A stretch of DNA of 26,237 nt, from positions 1-26,237 of the IMG/VR virus record IMGVR_UViG_3300032290_001428; one strand, given 5' to 3'. Both the position numbers and the translations under genes were made by a program. Source of the stretch: a virus. Its lineage: Duplodnaviria; Caudoviricetes. Under the pieces are notes generated by a model, which did not search any database, was not told where the DNA came from, and worked only from the letters and a program-made list of their open reading frames with translations. Positions 16,908-25,691 of this stretch are shown here, in pieces (within the stretch, counting starts at the first letter, position 1; each line of letters opens with the position of its first letter).

Positions 16908-19900
16908 TGTCTGCTCTGTTTGCTGATTTGCTTCTGACTCTGAGATTAGATTTTCCATTATTTTTTGGATTGCCGTCTTTGTGATCAACATCTTTGCCAT
17001 CACCTTTCCTTACTTTTCCTAATTTCATCATAAGTCTTCTCGCTAGAACTCTTTTTGATCTATTCTTTCTTTGCTCTGGGTTTGAATGGTAATTATCATA
17101 TTCTTTACGATAATTTCTTTTTTCATTAAGAAAGGATTCTATCACTGGAATATATTTTGGTCTTCCATTTATATAAACTGTATTCATTCTTGATGAGTAT
17201 TTTTGACCAAATAGATCAGCAAAATTAATTTCATTTGTATCGAATCCATTCAATTCTACTCCCATGAATTCGAGATATTTCATTAAATCATCACCAACAT
17301 ATTCCTTGCACATTTCTAACCATTGGTCTGGATTTACATATTCCAAATCATCACTCTCTTCTAATTCCATCAGTTCATCATAAACAGAATTATTATTACC
17401 ATTATTTTTATCTAATTCAGAAGAAATCGCAACAACTGCTTCTTCTGATAGATAATTCTTACTGAATTTGTAAATTACTGATTCTTTTATTTCTTCATTT
17501 TCATGACCAGCAACTCCAAGTCTTAGTGCGGATTTTGCTTGCATCAATTTGAATTTAAATACATTTGGTAAGTTACCAGTTTCTGCAATGGACTTCATTG
17601 AATCTTTCAATTCTTTATCTGTCAATGATGGTGCTTTTAATCCTTTTCTTTCATATCCAGCATATACTCTTTTTTCTACTATTTTTTTGAAATCTTTAAA
17701 GTTATCTGATTTTGCAACATCAACTAATTGCTTTTTTGTATCTTTATACTCTTTTATTTCCGATGTTATATCCGCATCTGTGGTTTTAGCAGCAATATAC
17801 ATTTTCACATTTGGTTCTAATTCATCGAAGAATTTATCATCCATTTCTATGAGTGATGCATTTGAAGCATCATCTGATATTGCAAGAATATGTGTTGCTG
17901 TTCCAGCATCAACTTTCTTGCCGTGTTTGTCCATCATATACTTGCTGTATTGTCCTTGATTTTTTCCTTGTCCTGTTGCTGCTTCTCTTAATAATGCTTT
18001 CTTAAATGGTTTACACTTATCAAATATTTTTCCTACAGTTGATTCTAATTCTTTATTTGCTTTGATTGAATCTTGTACTGCTTTTTTGACTTTTGGATTT
18101 CTTGTTGCAACTCCACCAACATCTCGTTTAAATACATTGATGCCACCTGGAAGTTTTAAATTATTTCCCATCTGATCAAATCCGTCTTTGATTAGATTCT
18201 CAATCATTCCTTTGCAATTTTTATCCAATGAATTTTTTGTTTGTTCATAAGCATATGTTGCCATTGCTTTTGTTTCTTTTTCTTTGGATGATCCAAGTTG
18301 TGCTGCTCCAGATTTAAATGATATTCCAAGTGATTTTTTAGGATCTTTTGTATCGTATACAAACACATCTGCTTTCGGGGTTGCGTCGGTAGCACCCATA
18401 CTTTTATATAAGTCAGAGTTTCCCTGACCAAGGCCTCTTCCACTATGAATAAATTTATATCTGCCTTTTTCAGCACCAGCAAAACCTGATTTTTGCAATG
18501 CTCGCAATACTGCTTGCGTTAAATTTTTATTTCCAGCAAGTTGATTATATTGATCTTCAGATATGTCTCCATTTTCTAGGAGTTTTTTAGGATCTTCTCC
18601 ATTTACTGCTATTTCAGCAACAGTTGTGAATGCCCACTCATAATCCTCTGCCTTAAATCCTCTATCTTTTTGATTTTTTGGCATTCTCCAAGTTTCATCG
18701 TAAGTTAAATCTAATTCTGGTAATTGATTTTCTTCTTCTTTTTTTGGTTTTTTGAATAATTGTTCTTTTGCAGGAGAATTCTTAGCATTTTTATTTGCTT
18801 TTGAATTTCTTTTTACTTTTGGCAATTTTGCCATTCCTTCTCCAGCAATTAATCCATATAATTTTTTAGATGATGCGGTGTTTATAAATTCTTTCTTTTG
18901 CAGAACTTTTTGACCATCACCTAAATCAAAATCTTCTGGTTTTGTTATGACATCGTGTTTTGATGGATCATATGTTTGATCATCCACAACCATAACTCTA
19001 CCTTTATATTTTCCAGATTTTGCACGAACTACTGCATATTTTCCAGCAACATTGCCAGCATCTGATTCTAATTTTTCTTTAGATCTTTGTTTTTGTTTTC
19101 TTGCTGTTGCCTGTTTTCTGCTTTTAATGCTATTTGCACCACTCTTAGTAGAACCTACTTTTCTAGATCCTTTTCGTGCTTCAAGTAGAAGAGGGAGAAT
19201 TATTTCTTCCACACTTTCTCTTCTGGTGTTTATTCTATTTAATCTTTCTGATTCTCCCTTAATTACATTTGGAAGAATTCTTTTTATCATGCTATCTGCA
19301 ATTTTTTTTCTTTTATTTACATTTTTGTCAATATTTGCTCTAGTTCCAAAACCAAGTTTTTGCCATGATCCTTTAAAATAACGATGACGAAGATTGCTTT
19401 TTACTTCTTGTTTTGCTCTTCTTTTTAATTGTTTTATATTTCTTCTTCTTCGTTGTCTTGATTTTCTTTTTACTGCTCTTATTTTTGCTGTTCTCTTGGC
19501 AATTCTAGATAATTTTATTCTAGTTTGAGCAGAAACTTCTTCTCTTAGATTCTTGATGCTTTTTCTCAAATCAGTTTGTAATTCTTTTCCTTGATCGAAA
19601 GATACATGGGAAGGTAACATACTCATGAATGTATGAATATCACCACCAACTGCTGCTCTCATACGAGAACCAGAAACAAAAGGCAATCTCATTTTGTTTG
19701 ATCTTGGTTCAATCATATGGGATTCTATTTCTGTTCCACCTGTATCTGAATCAGCATCTCTTTCAATTGGATGTACATTGAAATGTGATGGATTTATATT
19801 GGATAAATCCAATACTTTACCTGTTTTTTGACTTTCTGTTGCTTTTCCAAAATATTTTCTAAATTTTTCAAAATCCTCAACTCTTTTTCCACCAGCAACT

Positions 19901-20193
19901 AAAGTTATTTTCTTGTAACCTTTATTGTGTAGAAGTTGAAATACATCTCCTGGATTTTTAATTTCTGGATGCATAAAGACATTATTAGTGTCTAAAACAG
20001 TTCTCATATGTTTTACTTTGAGATCTGGATGGAGAGGATTTTTCACATCACCATGTGTTGGAAATGTAAAAATTAAATGATCGGCATTGTGTGTATTTGC
20101 CAATTCTTTAATGTGATTGACCATCTCATGATGACCAGCAGTTGGTGGTTGAAAACGACCTATAGCAATAATTACATGATCTTTTGTTTGCAT
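16900..20193 (-). CDS. 1097-aa fusion: cytidylyltransferase-like (HxGH) domain, Arg/Lys-rich segment, PD-(D/E)xK-like domain, C-terminal HNH-like domain
   Basis: GRFQPPTAGH, KNPL, VAGGKRV, VSGSRMR; TPKADV...ISFKSG; RNYRKEY...GDGKDVDHKDGNPKNN...NLRV....NR. Confidence 0.75.
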   Translation of the reverse strand: MQTKDHVIIAIGRFQPPTAGHHEMVNHIKELANTHNADHLIFTFPTHGDVKNPLHPDLKVKHMRTVLDTNNVFMHPEIKNPGDVFQLLHNKGYKKITLVAGGKRVEDFEKFRKYFGKATESQKTGKVLDLSNINPSHFNVHPIERDADSDTGGTEIESHMIEPRSNKMRLPFVSGSRMRAAVGGDIHTFMSMLPSHVSFDQGKELQTDLRKSIKNLREEVSAQTRIKLSRIAKRTAKIRAVKRKSRQRRRRNIKQLKRRAKQEVKSNLRHRYFKGSWQKLGFGTRANIDKNVNKRKKIADSMIKRILPNVIKGESERLNRINTRRESVEEIILPLLLEARKGSRKVGSTKSGANSIKSRKQATARKQKQRSKEKLESDAGNVAGKYAVVRAKSGKYKGRVMVVDDQTYDPSKHDVITKPEDFDLGDGQKVLQKKEFINTASSKKLYGLIAGEGMAKLPKVKRNSKANKNAKNSPAKEQLFKKPKKEEENQLPELDLTYDETWRMPKNQKDRGFKAEDYEWAFTTVAEIAVNGEDPKKLLENGDISEDQYNQLAGNKNLTQAVLRALQKSGFAGAEKGRYKFIHSGRGLGQGNSDLYKSMGATDATPKADVFVYDTKDPKKSLGISFKSGAAQLGSSKEKETKAMATYAYEQTKNSLDKNCKGMIENLIKDGFDQMGNNLKLPGGINVFKRDVGGVATRNPKVKKAVQDSIKANKELESTVGKIFDKCKPFKKALLREAATGQGKNQGQYSKYMMDKHGKKVDAGTATHILAISDDASNASLIEMDDKFFDELEPNVKMYIAAKTTDADITSEIKEYKDTKKQLVDVAKSDNFKDFKKIVEKRVYAGYERKGLKAPSLTDKELKDSMKSIAETGNLPNVFKFKLMQAKSALRLGVAGHENEEIKESVIYKFSKNYLSEEAVVAISSELDKNNGNNNSVYDELMELEESDDLEYVNPDQWLEMCKEYVGDDLMKYLEFMGVELNGFDTNEINFADLFGQKYSSRMNTVYINGRPKYIPVIESFLNEKRNYRKEYDNYHSNPEQRKNRSKRVLARRLMMKLGKVRKGDGKDVDHKDGNPKNNGKSNLRVRSKSANRADNG

Positions 20194-20198
20194 AAATG

Positions 20199-20206
20199 TA
20201 TTTATA
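20199..20206 (-). promoter_or_regulatory. T4-type late promoter TATAAATA
   Basis: Exact consensus followed by 5 nt and then ATG 20193. Confidence 0.8.
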
Positions 20207-20208
20207 AT

Positions 20209-20233
20209 AAAAAACCCTGCTAGGCAGGGTTTT
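20209..20233 (-). terminator. Intrinsic terminator
   Basis: Minus strand AAAACCCTGC-cta-GCAGGGTTTTTT, overlapping the stop codon of the 129-aa gene. Confidence 0.75.
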
Positions 20234-20609
20234 CTTTTTCGTCTTCTTGTGGGTCATACTTTGCTATAAAAGTATATCCTTTATGAGATTTTCTATCACC
20301 TTTCATTAAATCGTATAATTTTTGTCTAGAAAGACCATGTTTATTTGCAAATTCTGTTAGATTATATACCGTGTGTTGTTTTCCATCAGCATCGGCAAAT
20401 ATGAATTTTTTAGTATCTTTTTGTTCTGGAATTATAATGACAATTGCTAAATTGTCATCAGTCCATTCCCAGTATCTTCCTTTTTTCCCAAAAGTCCCAC
20501 CATTTTCTTTTATAAATTTATTTCTAAAGAATTCTGATTTGGAATTATCATTGCATAATAACCAGGAAGCAGATCCTTTTCTATTGATTTCATTCTTAAA
20601 TAAGTGCAT
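20220..20609 (-). CDS. Small protein with C-terminal NUMOD1/HTH-like DNA-binding motif
   Basis: VYNLTEFANKHGLSRQKLYDLMKGDRKSHKGY resembles homing-endonuclease C-terminal DNA-binding modules; no nuclease motif seen. Confidence 0.6.
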   Translation of the reverse strand: MHLFKNEINRKGSASWLLCNDNSKSEFFRNKFIKENGGTFGKKGRYWEWTDDNLAIVIIIPEQKDTKKFIFADADGKQHTVYNLTEFANKHGLSRQKLYDLMKGDRKSHKGYTFIAKYDPQEDEKENPA

Positions 20610-21276
20610 CTAGATTTACCTCTCTACGATATGTATCTAAACAATTTTTGAGTGGTTCGACAAAGTTAATTACTTTTTCTTTGAAGACTTGACAAAATCC
20701 TTGTTCATTTGCAATTAAAATTACAATATTGGGAATCTGAAGTCCAGTTCTTTCCTGTAGCATCAGGGAATACGCAGTTGCTTGACAAAAATAATTATCA
20801 ATATCTGCTTTCTTTTTTGGAAATGTACTTGCTTTAAAATCAATTACTGATGGTTCACCTTTGTATTTTGCAATACAGTCAACCCTACCAGCAAGACCTA
20901 CGCATTTACCCCATAGGAATGTTTCTATGGCATAGACATCCGTGATATGGTCAACTTCCTTCTTGATCAGACCAAACAAATCAAACACAGGAGACTCATT
21001 CTTGAGTTCGACGTGCTCATTCATGAGATATGATTCTATGGTAGAATGCAGCATAGTGCCACGATCACAGACACGCTGTGATTCTTTGGCATTGTTATCT
21101 CTCCAGGTTTTGTACTTTTTGCGTTTTTCATGACCCACTACAGTGGTTACAGAAGGAAAAAGTCCGTCTGGTGTCTTGTACAGACGGACTCCTTCTCGTT
21201 CTATTACCTCAAATTCAATTTGTGGATCTTTGAGTTCGGTAAGAAAATTATGTGTAAAATTGCCAATCACAACCAT
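20596..21276 (-). CDS. PD-(D/E)xK exonuclease (lambda-exo/Cas4/RecB-like)
   Basis: PSVTTV, RGTMLH, E..L....LAGRVDCI, VIDFK, QATAY. The real start may be GTG 21270. Confidence 0.85.
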   Translation of the reverse strand: MVVIGNFTHNFLTELKDPQIEFEVIEREGVRLYKTPDGLFPSVTTVVGHEKRKKYKTWRDNNAKESQRVCDRGTMLHSTIESYLMNEHVELKNESPVFDLFGLIKKEVDHITDVYAIETFLWGKCVGLAGRVDCIAKYKGEPSVIDFKASTFPKKKADIDNYFCQATAYSLMLQERTGLQIPNIVILIANEQGFCQVFKEKVINFVEPLKNCLDTYRREVNLDALI

Positions 21277-21304
21277 ATTATACCTGATTTAAATTAAAAG
21301 TCAA
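21277..21304 (-). promoter_or_regulatory. Sigma70-type (early) promoter
   Basis: TTGACT-16 nt-TATAAT on the minus strand fills the intergenic gap. Confidence 0.65.
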
Positions 21305-21306
21305 GC

Positions 21307-23232
21307 TCAACTTGGATTAATTGGTCCATCTATTTGTGGATGATGTATAGTTGATGGATCGAATTGAATTGGTGGATTTTGATTTTCTTTTGACCTGTAT
21401 TTTTCTTTAGTTTGTGCTGATCTTTTTCGAATTAAATTATCTCTTAGATTTGCTGATGATTGTGTAGATGCATCTCCAAGTATAGAATCTTTTGGTTTAG
21501 GCATTGCAACTGGTTCATTTAGTTTATCTTTTGTTGGAATTCTTGCTGGTTTTTCTTCCATTGGTTTTTGCGATTCTATTAAACTTTTTAATTTATTTTT
21601 CATTTCATTTTGTTCAAATGTTCTTTTTGTTCTGAATGCATTTGGCAATGATTCTGATTCACGACCACCAGCAACAGATTGAAATATTGCTGTATCAACA
21701 TCTTCAAAATCTGCTTTTTCAAATCCTCTTTGTCTTGCTAGTTCACCACCAACTTCTGGATTTATAATTGGTTTTGCTTCTGGTGCTACTTTAGTTTTAG
21801 ATTTTCCTTTTGTTTTTGGATTTGGTTTAACATTGGAATTATCTATTTTTGTTGGTGGTGGTGTTGGTGTTGGTGCTGGTGATGTATTCTTTTGAACTTG
21901 TTGATTTTTCATCAAAACTGGATCTGCTGCTTTAGATGAAACTATATTATCTGAATCTTCCATTGAACGATTTTTGGCATTATCTATCTTTGTTTTTTGT
22001 ACTTCTGCCTTTGGTGCTTCTGCCTTTGGTGCTTCTGCCTTTGGTGCTTCTGCCTTTGGTGCTTCTGCTTTTGGTGCTACAAAATCCATAGTCTTAAGAT
22101 TTACATTTGGTGCTTCTGCTTTTGGTGCTTGGGTTGTTGCTGTTATTTGTTGTGGGCGAGATACCATAACATTTGCAACTGGTCCTGCTGCTGCTGGTGC
22201 TTGTGTGGCAAGACTTAGACTTACTAATCCTGTTCGAACTTTATCTGCTACTGCTTTTGGTAGTTCTGGAATAGTTACATTTTTAAGTGGATCTGGTATC
22301 TTTGATGCCGCATTTTGTGCTTGTTTTGCTGCAATTCCTGCACCCTTTCCAGCATAATATGAAAGAGAACCTGATGGTTCTTGAATAACTTTACCCAATC
22401 CAGGAATTTTATTTCCTGCTTTGACAAGATTTCCAACAAGAATTGATCCACCAAATCCATACGCAAGTTTAGTTCCTAGACTTGCATCTTGTGGTGCTGC
22501 TTGCATTCCTGCAATACCACCAGCAACTGCACCATAGGGATTGACATCCATTGCTTTACTTGCTACTTTAGTTGCTTTGTCTATTAATTTTTCTGCTGTT
22601 TTTTGACTTGCTTCTCCTGCAATTTTACCCAATGTAGAAGCACCAGTCTCTGCTGCTTTTGTCGTTGCTTTTGCTGCTCCCTTTACTGCTGCTCCCACTC
22701 CTGCTGGTAATAGTAATCCATAAATTGCTTGATCTTTTGCTTTATCATAGTAACTATCGTCACCACTTACATATCCTCTAGCAGCATATGATGCAGTATG
22801 TGCAGCATCAACAACATCACCTAATCCTGGAACCATACCAAGAACATCTGCTGCCATATCAATTCCTTGTTCAACTGCTTTTACTTTATCTTCCCATTCT
22901 TTATCTTTTATAAATTCCCCTACTCTTCCTTGCAATTGACCTTGAATATCAAGATATTGTTGTTTAGATATTTGTCCTGCTCTTTTCATTTCACCATATC
23001 TATTCATTGCTGTTTTGTATACTTCAAGATTATGTTCTGGATCATCGGGATCAAATGCAGTTAGATCTTTCCCTTTTTTACTCTTAGATGTTGCTGTTGC
23101 TGTAGAAGATGTTACAACAGAATTTTCAGATTCTTCTTGTAATTCTTTTGTTTTCATCCAATCAGAAATATTTTCATTGATTGTTTTTTTGGTGGAAAGG
23201 GCATTAAGATGATTTAGTAGATCTTTTTTCAT
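21307..23232 (-). CDS. 641-aa Ala/Gly/Pro-rich protein with pre-toxin TG-like segment, glycine-zipper-like helices and APKAE repeats
   Basis: ADVLGMVPGLGDVVDAAHTASYAARG; GAVAGGIAG and GFGGSILVG; (APKAE)5; N-terminal INE and LQEE. Confidence 0.6.
   Translation of the reverse strand: MKKDLLNHLNALSTKKTINENISDWMKTKELQEESENSVVTSSTATATSKSKKGKDLTAFDPDDPEHNLEVYKTAMNRYGEMKRAGQISKQQYLDIQGQLQGRVGEFIKDKEWEDKVKAVEQGIDMAADVLGMVPGLGDVVDAAHTASYAARGYVSGDDSYYDKAKDQAIYGLLLPAGVGAAVKGAAKATTKAAETGASTLGKIAGEASQKTAEKLIDKATKVASKAMDVNPYGAVAGGIAGMQAAPQDASLGTKLAYGFGGSILVGNLVKAGNKIPGLGKVIQEPSGSLSYYAGKGAGIAAKQAQNAASKIPDPLKNVTIPELPKAVADKVRTGLVSLSLATQAPAAAGPVANVMVSRPQQITATTQAPKAEAPNVNLKTMDFVAPKAEAPKAEAPKAEAPKAEAPKAEVQKTKIDNAKNRSMEDSDNIVSSKAADPVLMKNQQVQKNTSPAPTPTPPPTKIDNSNVKPNPKTKGKSKTKVAPEAKPIINPEVGGELARQRGFEKADFEDVDTAIFQSVAGGRESESLPNAFRTKRTFEQNEMKNKLKSLIESQKPMEEKPARIPTKDKLNEPVAMPKPKDSILGDASTQSSANLRDNLIRKRSAQTKEKYRSKENQNPPIQFDPSTIHHPQIDGPINPS
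22003..22077. repeat. Five tandem 15-bp units (TTCTGCCTTTGGTGC) encoding APKAE
   Basis: Four identical copies and one with a single mismatch; a further partial copy near 22107-22128. Confidence 0.9.
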
Positions 23233-23234
23233 TT

Positions 23235-23582
23235 TTATCTCTCTGATATGGTAACGCTTGGGGTCTTCAGTCTTGCTGGAACAACATAAAATTGTGATGG
23301 ACCAAAATGAGTATTATCTCTTTTTACTTTTGATTTTCTAATTGCTTCTTCTTTTGCTGATCCACCAGATGCAACTGGTTTTTCTATATTTTTGACATCA
23401 AACTGCTCTGGTTCTGATTTTTTTAGAGAAACTTCAGCAGTATCAATTTCTTGAGGAAAGTTTGCTAATGCTTGCAATTCTTTTAATTTTCCTTCTTTAG
23501 TTTTTGTGTCAAAACTAAAATTTAATGGACCTTGAATTACATTAGATTCATTTATGAATTGTTTAAATGTTAACCTAACCAT
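23235..23582 (-). CDS. Hypothetical protein with CTS-like N-terminus (LTFKQFINE)
   Basis: Tightly packed in the operon; N-terminus resembles T4 internal-protein MKTYQEFIAE. Confidence 0.7.
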   Translation of the reverse strand: MVRLTFKQFINESNVIQGPLNFSFDTKTKEGKLKELQALANFPQEIDTAEVSLKKSEPEQFDVKNIEKPVASGGSAKEEAIRKSKVKRDNTHFGPSQFYVVPARLKTPSVTISER

Positions 23583-23869
23583 GTTCTTCCTGTTCTTTTT
23601 GATGCAGAATCTAAATTTTCATGATATCTTTTTGGTATACCATTTTTCATTCTTGACATTAGTTCATTCCACTTACCGCCAGTTGCAGTATTTGCATTTA
23701 GGTTATGGTCAGAAGAAAGTGCTTGTTTCATTGAACCGTAATCTTTGTTTACTTTCTTCTGACCACAATTTGGACAATTTTCAGATAAAGGTATTTCACG
23801 ATCACTTATTGAAAGAATTGCATCAAATGAATGATTGCATCCTTCACATATAAATCCATAATTTGGCAT
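23570..23869 (-). CDS. FmdB-family zinc-ribbon protein
   Basis: MPNYGFICEGCNHSF...CPNCG. Confidence 0.85.
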   Translation of the reverse strand: MPNYGFICEGCNHSFDAILSISDREIPLSENCPNCGQKKVNKDYGSMKQALSSDHNLNANTATGGKWNELMSRMKNGIPKRYHENLDSASKRTGRTWLG

Positions 23870-23872
23870 ATT

Positions 23873-24175
23873 TTACCCTTGATTTCTTGACTGATTTATT
23901 CTTGCTATTCTTTCTTGTCTTTGTTGTGCTGCTGCTTGATTTTTTTCATTATTTTTTTGTTGTGTTGTCATTCTTGGAATGATTGGATTTTGAGATCTTT
24001 GTTGATTTCTTTGTTGTGTTGAACTACGAAGTTCTTGAGCAACTTTTTGTGCTGGTTTGCTTTTTTGACCCAATGCTTGATATACCCCTTGAACACTTTG
24101 CTGAGTCTTCTGTCTAGCAGCAGAAATTGAATCGAACGCTGTTTTGTTTCCTACATTTGAACCTATGTATGGCAT
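23873..24175 (-). CDS. Gln/Arg-rich disordered small protein
   Basis: Own TATAAATA and AAGGAG RBS. Confidence 0.7.
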   Translation of the reverse strand: MPYIGSNVGNKTAFDSISAARQKTQQSVQGVYQALGQKSKPAQKVAQELRSSTQQRNQQRSQNPIIPRMTTQQKNNEKNQAAAQQRQERIARINQSRNQG

Positions 24176-24177
24176 AA

Positions 24178-24759
24178 TTAATTCTCCTTATTCTTATTTA
24201 TAGATAATTTACTCTTAATATTTGAGATGATTCTTTTTGATTTGTCGTCTATTGGTTGTTTTAATTGGAATATAGTTCCATTTTTACTTTTCTTTTTAGT
24301 ATATTTTTCTCCATCTGGATCCAATCTATTCATTAAATCTTTAACAAATTTAAATCCTGTCTTAAATTTAATTATATCTGGAGAATGGGATTTTATGTGA
24401 TGTAGTGCAGCAGGAACCACGGTTCTCATTAATTCAATATTATTAACATCAATGCCATTGATTTCTGAATCTATTACTGAAGTTGTTTCATGTCCAGAAT
24501 CTTGATTTTTATTAACACTATGAATTATGTGAATGACTCCGCCTTTGTTTGTTGATCCAAATTTATAAACATGATCTCCCTCATTTTTTGAAGTTCCTTT
24601 TTCTTTTGATATAAAATCATATTTCAAAGGCATTGATGAATTAGTGATATATCCACGATGAATTACTTTCAGATCTTTTGGTTCATCGATAATATATGAT
24701 TCTGGTGTATTTCTTTTTTTCACCGATTCATGTAGAGATTGGAATAACTGTTTGATCAT
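24178..24759 (-). CDS. Hypothetical protein (N-terminus MIKQLFQSLHE)
   Basis: Tightly packed ORF; CTS-like start. Confidence 0.7.
   Translation of the reverse strand: MIKQLFQSLHESVKKRNTPESYIIDEPKDLKVIHRGYITNSSMPLKYDFISKEKGTSKNEGDHVYKFGSTNKGGVIHIIHSVNKNQDSGHETTSVIDSEINGIDVNNIELMRTVVPAALHHIKSHSPDIIKFKTGFKFVKDLMNRLDPDGEKYTKKKSKNGTIFQLKQPIDDKSKRIISNIKSKLSINKNKEN
24195..24202 (-). promoter_or_regulatory. T4-type late promoter TATAAATA
   Basis: Exact consensus in the 3' end of the upstream gene, followed by AAGGAG and ATG 24175. Confidence 0.7.
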
Positions 24760-24763
24760 TTTA

Positions 24764-25513
24764 TTACTTAGTCTTTATTTTTTGACCCACACCAATTTTA
24801 TTTGGATCAGTTATTTCTGGATTTAACTTTTGAATATTTTCAACACTTGTTCCATATTTTTTAGCAATTGCTCCAAGAGTATCGCCTTTTGCTACATTAT
24901 GAATATCATTTGGCGTAATAGTTGGTGTTTTTGGAGTTGATGAATTGTCACCTTTCCACCATTGACCTTCTTCTGCTCTTCGTTTAACTAATCCACCTAA
25001 AACTTTTCCTCCACTTTTATTATATAACTGTAGTGTTTCTGGAACATTATCCCAATTTTTATTCTTTAAATCTGCTGTTAATGATTTAAAATTCTTATGT
25101 CCGTAAAAACCAGAACCAAAATTATGTCCAAAACTCATGAGTGCTGCTTGCTTTCCAGCATCCATGTCATCCCATCCTGGAATTTTTTCCAGTCGTGGAG
25201 TCATTTTATTTAAATATGTTCGTATATGTTCTTCTGCTTTTTCTTTTGTTATTTTTTCACCAACTTGAATTCGGTTTCCAGTGTCTGGATATGAGTGTGT
25301 TGTGCCATATCCAACTACGGGTGGATTTCCTGTTGCATCTTTGTCTAGTTCTGCTACTGGTCTGAACCCTTCTTTTTGTTTGATGAAATCAACCATTCTG
25401 TTCATTGCTTCTGGTTTTGGTGGTGCTGCCATTGCACTGCCAGCAATCATTCCTGCTGTTGCTGCGAGAGTTGCTAAACGGTTTTCTTCCAAATGTTGTT
25501 TAAATGTTTTCAT
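24764..25513 (-). CDS. GH24 phage lysozyme with C-terminal LysM domain
   Basis: IKQKEGFR....D...G...VGYG, AALMSFGHNFG, GLVKRRAEE; LysM HNVAKGDTLGAIAKKYGTSVENIQKLN...I.VGQKI. Start reassigned to ATG 25513 (TAATG overlap), giving MKTFKQHLEE. Confidence 0.9.
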   Translation of the reverse strand: MKTFKQHLEENRLATLAATAGMIAGSAMAAPPKPEAMNRMVDFIKQKEGFRPVAELDKDATGNPPVVGYGTTHSYPDTGNRIQVGEKITKEKAEEHIRTYLNKMTPRLEKIPGWDDMDAGKQAALMSFGHNFGSGFYGHKNFKSLTADLKNKNWDNVPETLQLYNKSGGKVLGGLVKRRAEEGQWWKGDNSSTPKTPTITPNDIHNVAKGDTLGAIAKKYGTSVENIQKLNPEITDPNKIGVGQKIKTK

Positions 25514-25677
25514 TAGTAATTCCTGTGTCTCTTGAACCATTCAATCTGTTTTAATCGTTTCAGTGCTGCTTCTTTACTTCCATACTTACCGAGTCTCTTA
25601 CCCTTCTTGCTGAGTATTGTATACTCATCTCCAACTTTTCTAATTGTTTCGGATAAAAGATTTTTAAAGTTTTTCAT
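25513..25677 (-). CDS. 54-aa basic protein absent from the ORF track
   Basis: MKNFKNLLSETIRKVGDEYTILSKKGKRLGKYGSKEAALKRLKQIEWFKRHRNY; directly after TATAAATA and coupled to the lysozyme start. Confidence 0.8.
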   Translation of the reverse strand: MKNFKNLLSETIRKVGDEYTILSKKGKRLGKYGSKEAALKRLKQIEWFKRHRNY

Positions 25678-25683
25678 TACATT

Positions 25684-25691
25684 TATTTATA
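25684..25691 (-). promoter_or_regulatory. T4-type late promoter TATAAATA
   Basis: Exact consensus 6 nt before ATG 25677. Confidence 0.8.

Noticed and set aside
16908-17003. N-terminal extension of the 439-aa ORF
   Set aside because: Overlaps the HNH-coding end of the upstream gene; ATG 16907 next to its stop is more plausible.
20596-21276. Cas4 as part of a CRISPR-Cas system
   Set aside because: No Fe-S cysteine cluster pattern, cas genes or array; it fits the common phage exonuclease.
22003-22128. 15-bp tandem repeats as a CRISPR array or TubZ centromere
   Set aside because: No spacers; the units are in-frame codons for APKAE inside a long ORF far from the tubulin gene.
21974-22357. Plus-strand (SAFGA)n and (LWCFC)n ORFs
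   Set aside because: Shadows of the APKAE repeat.
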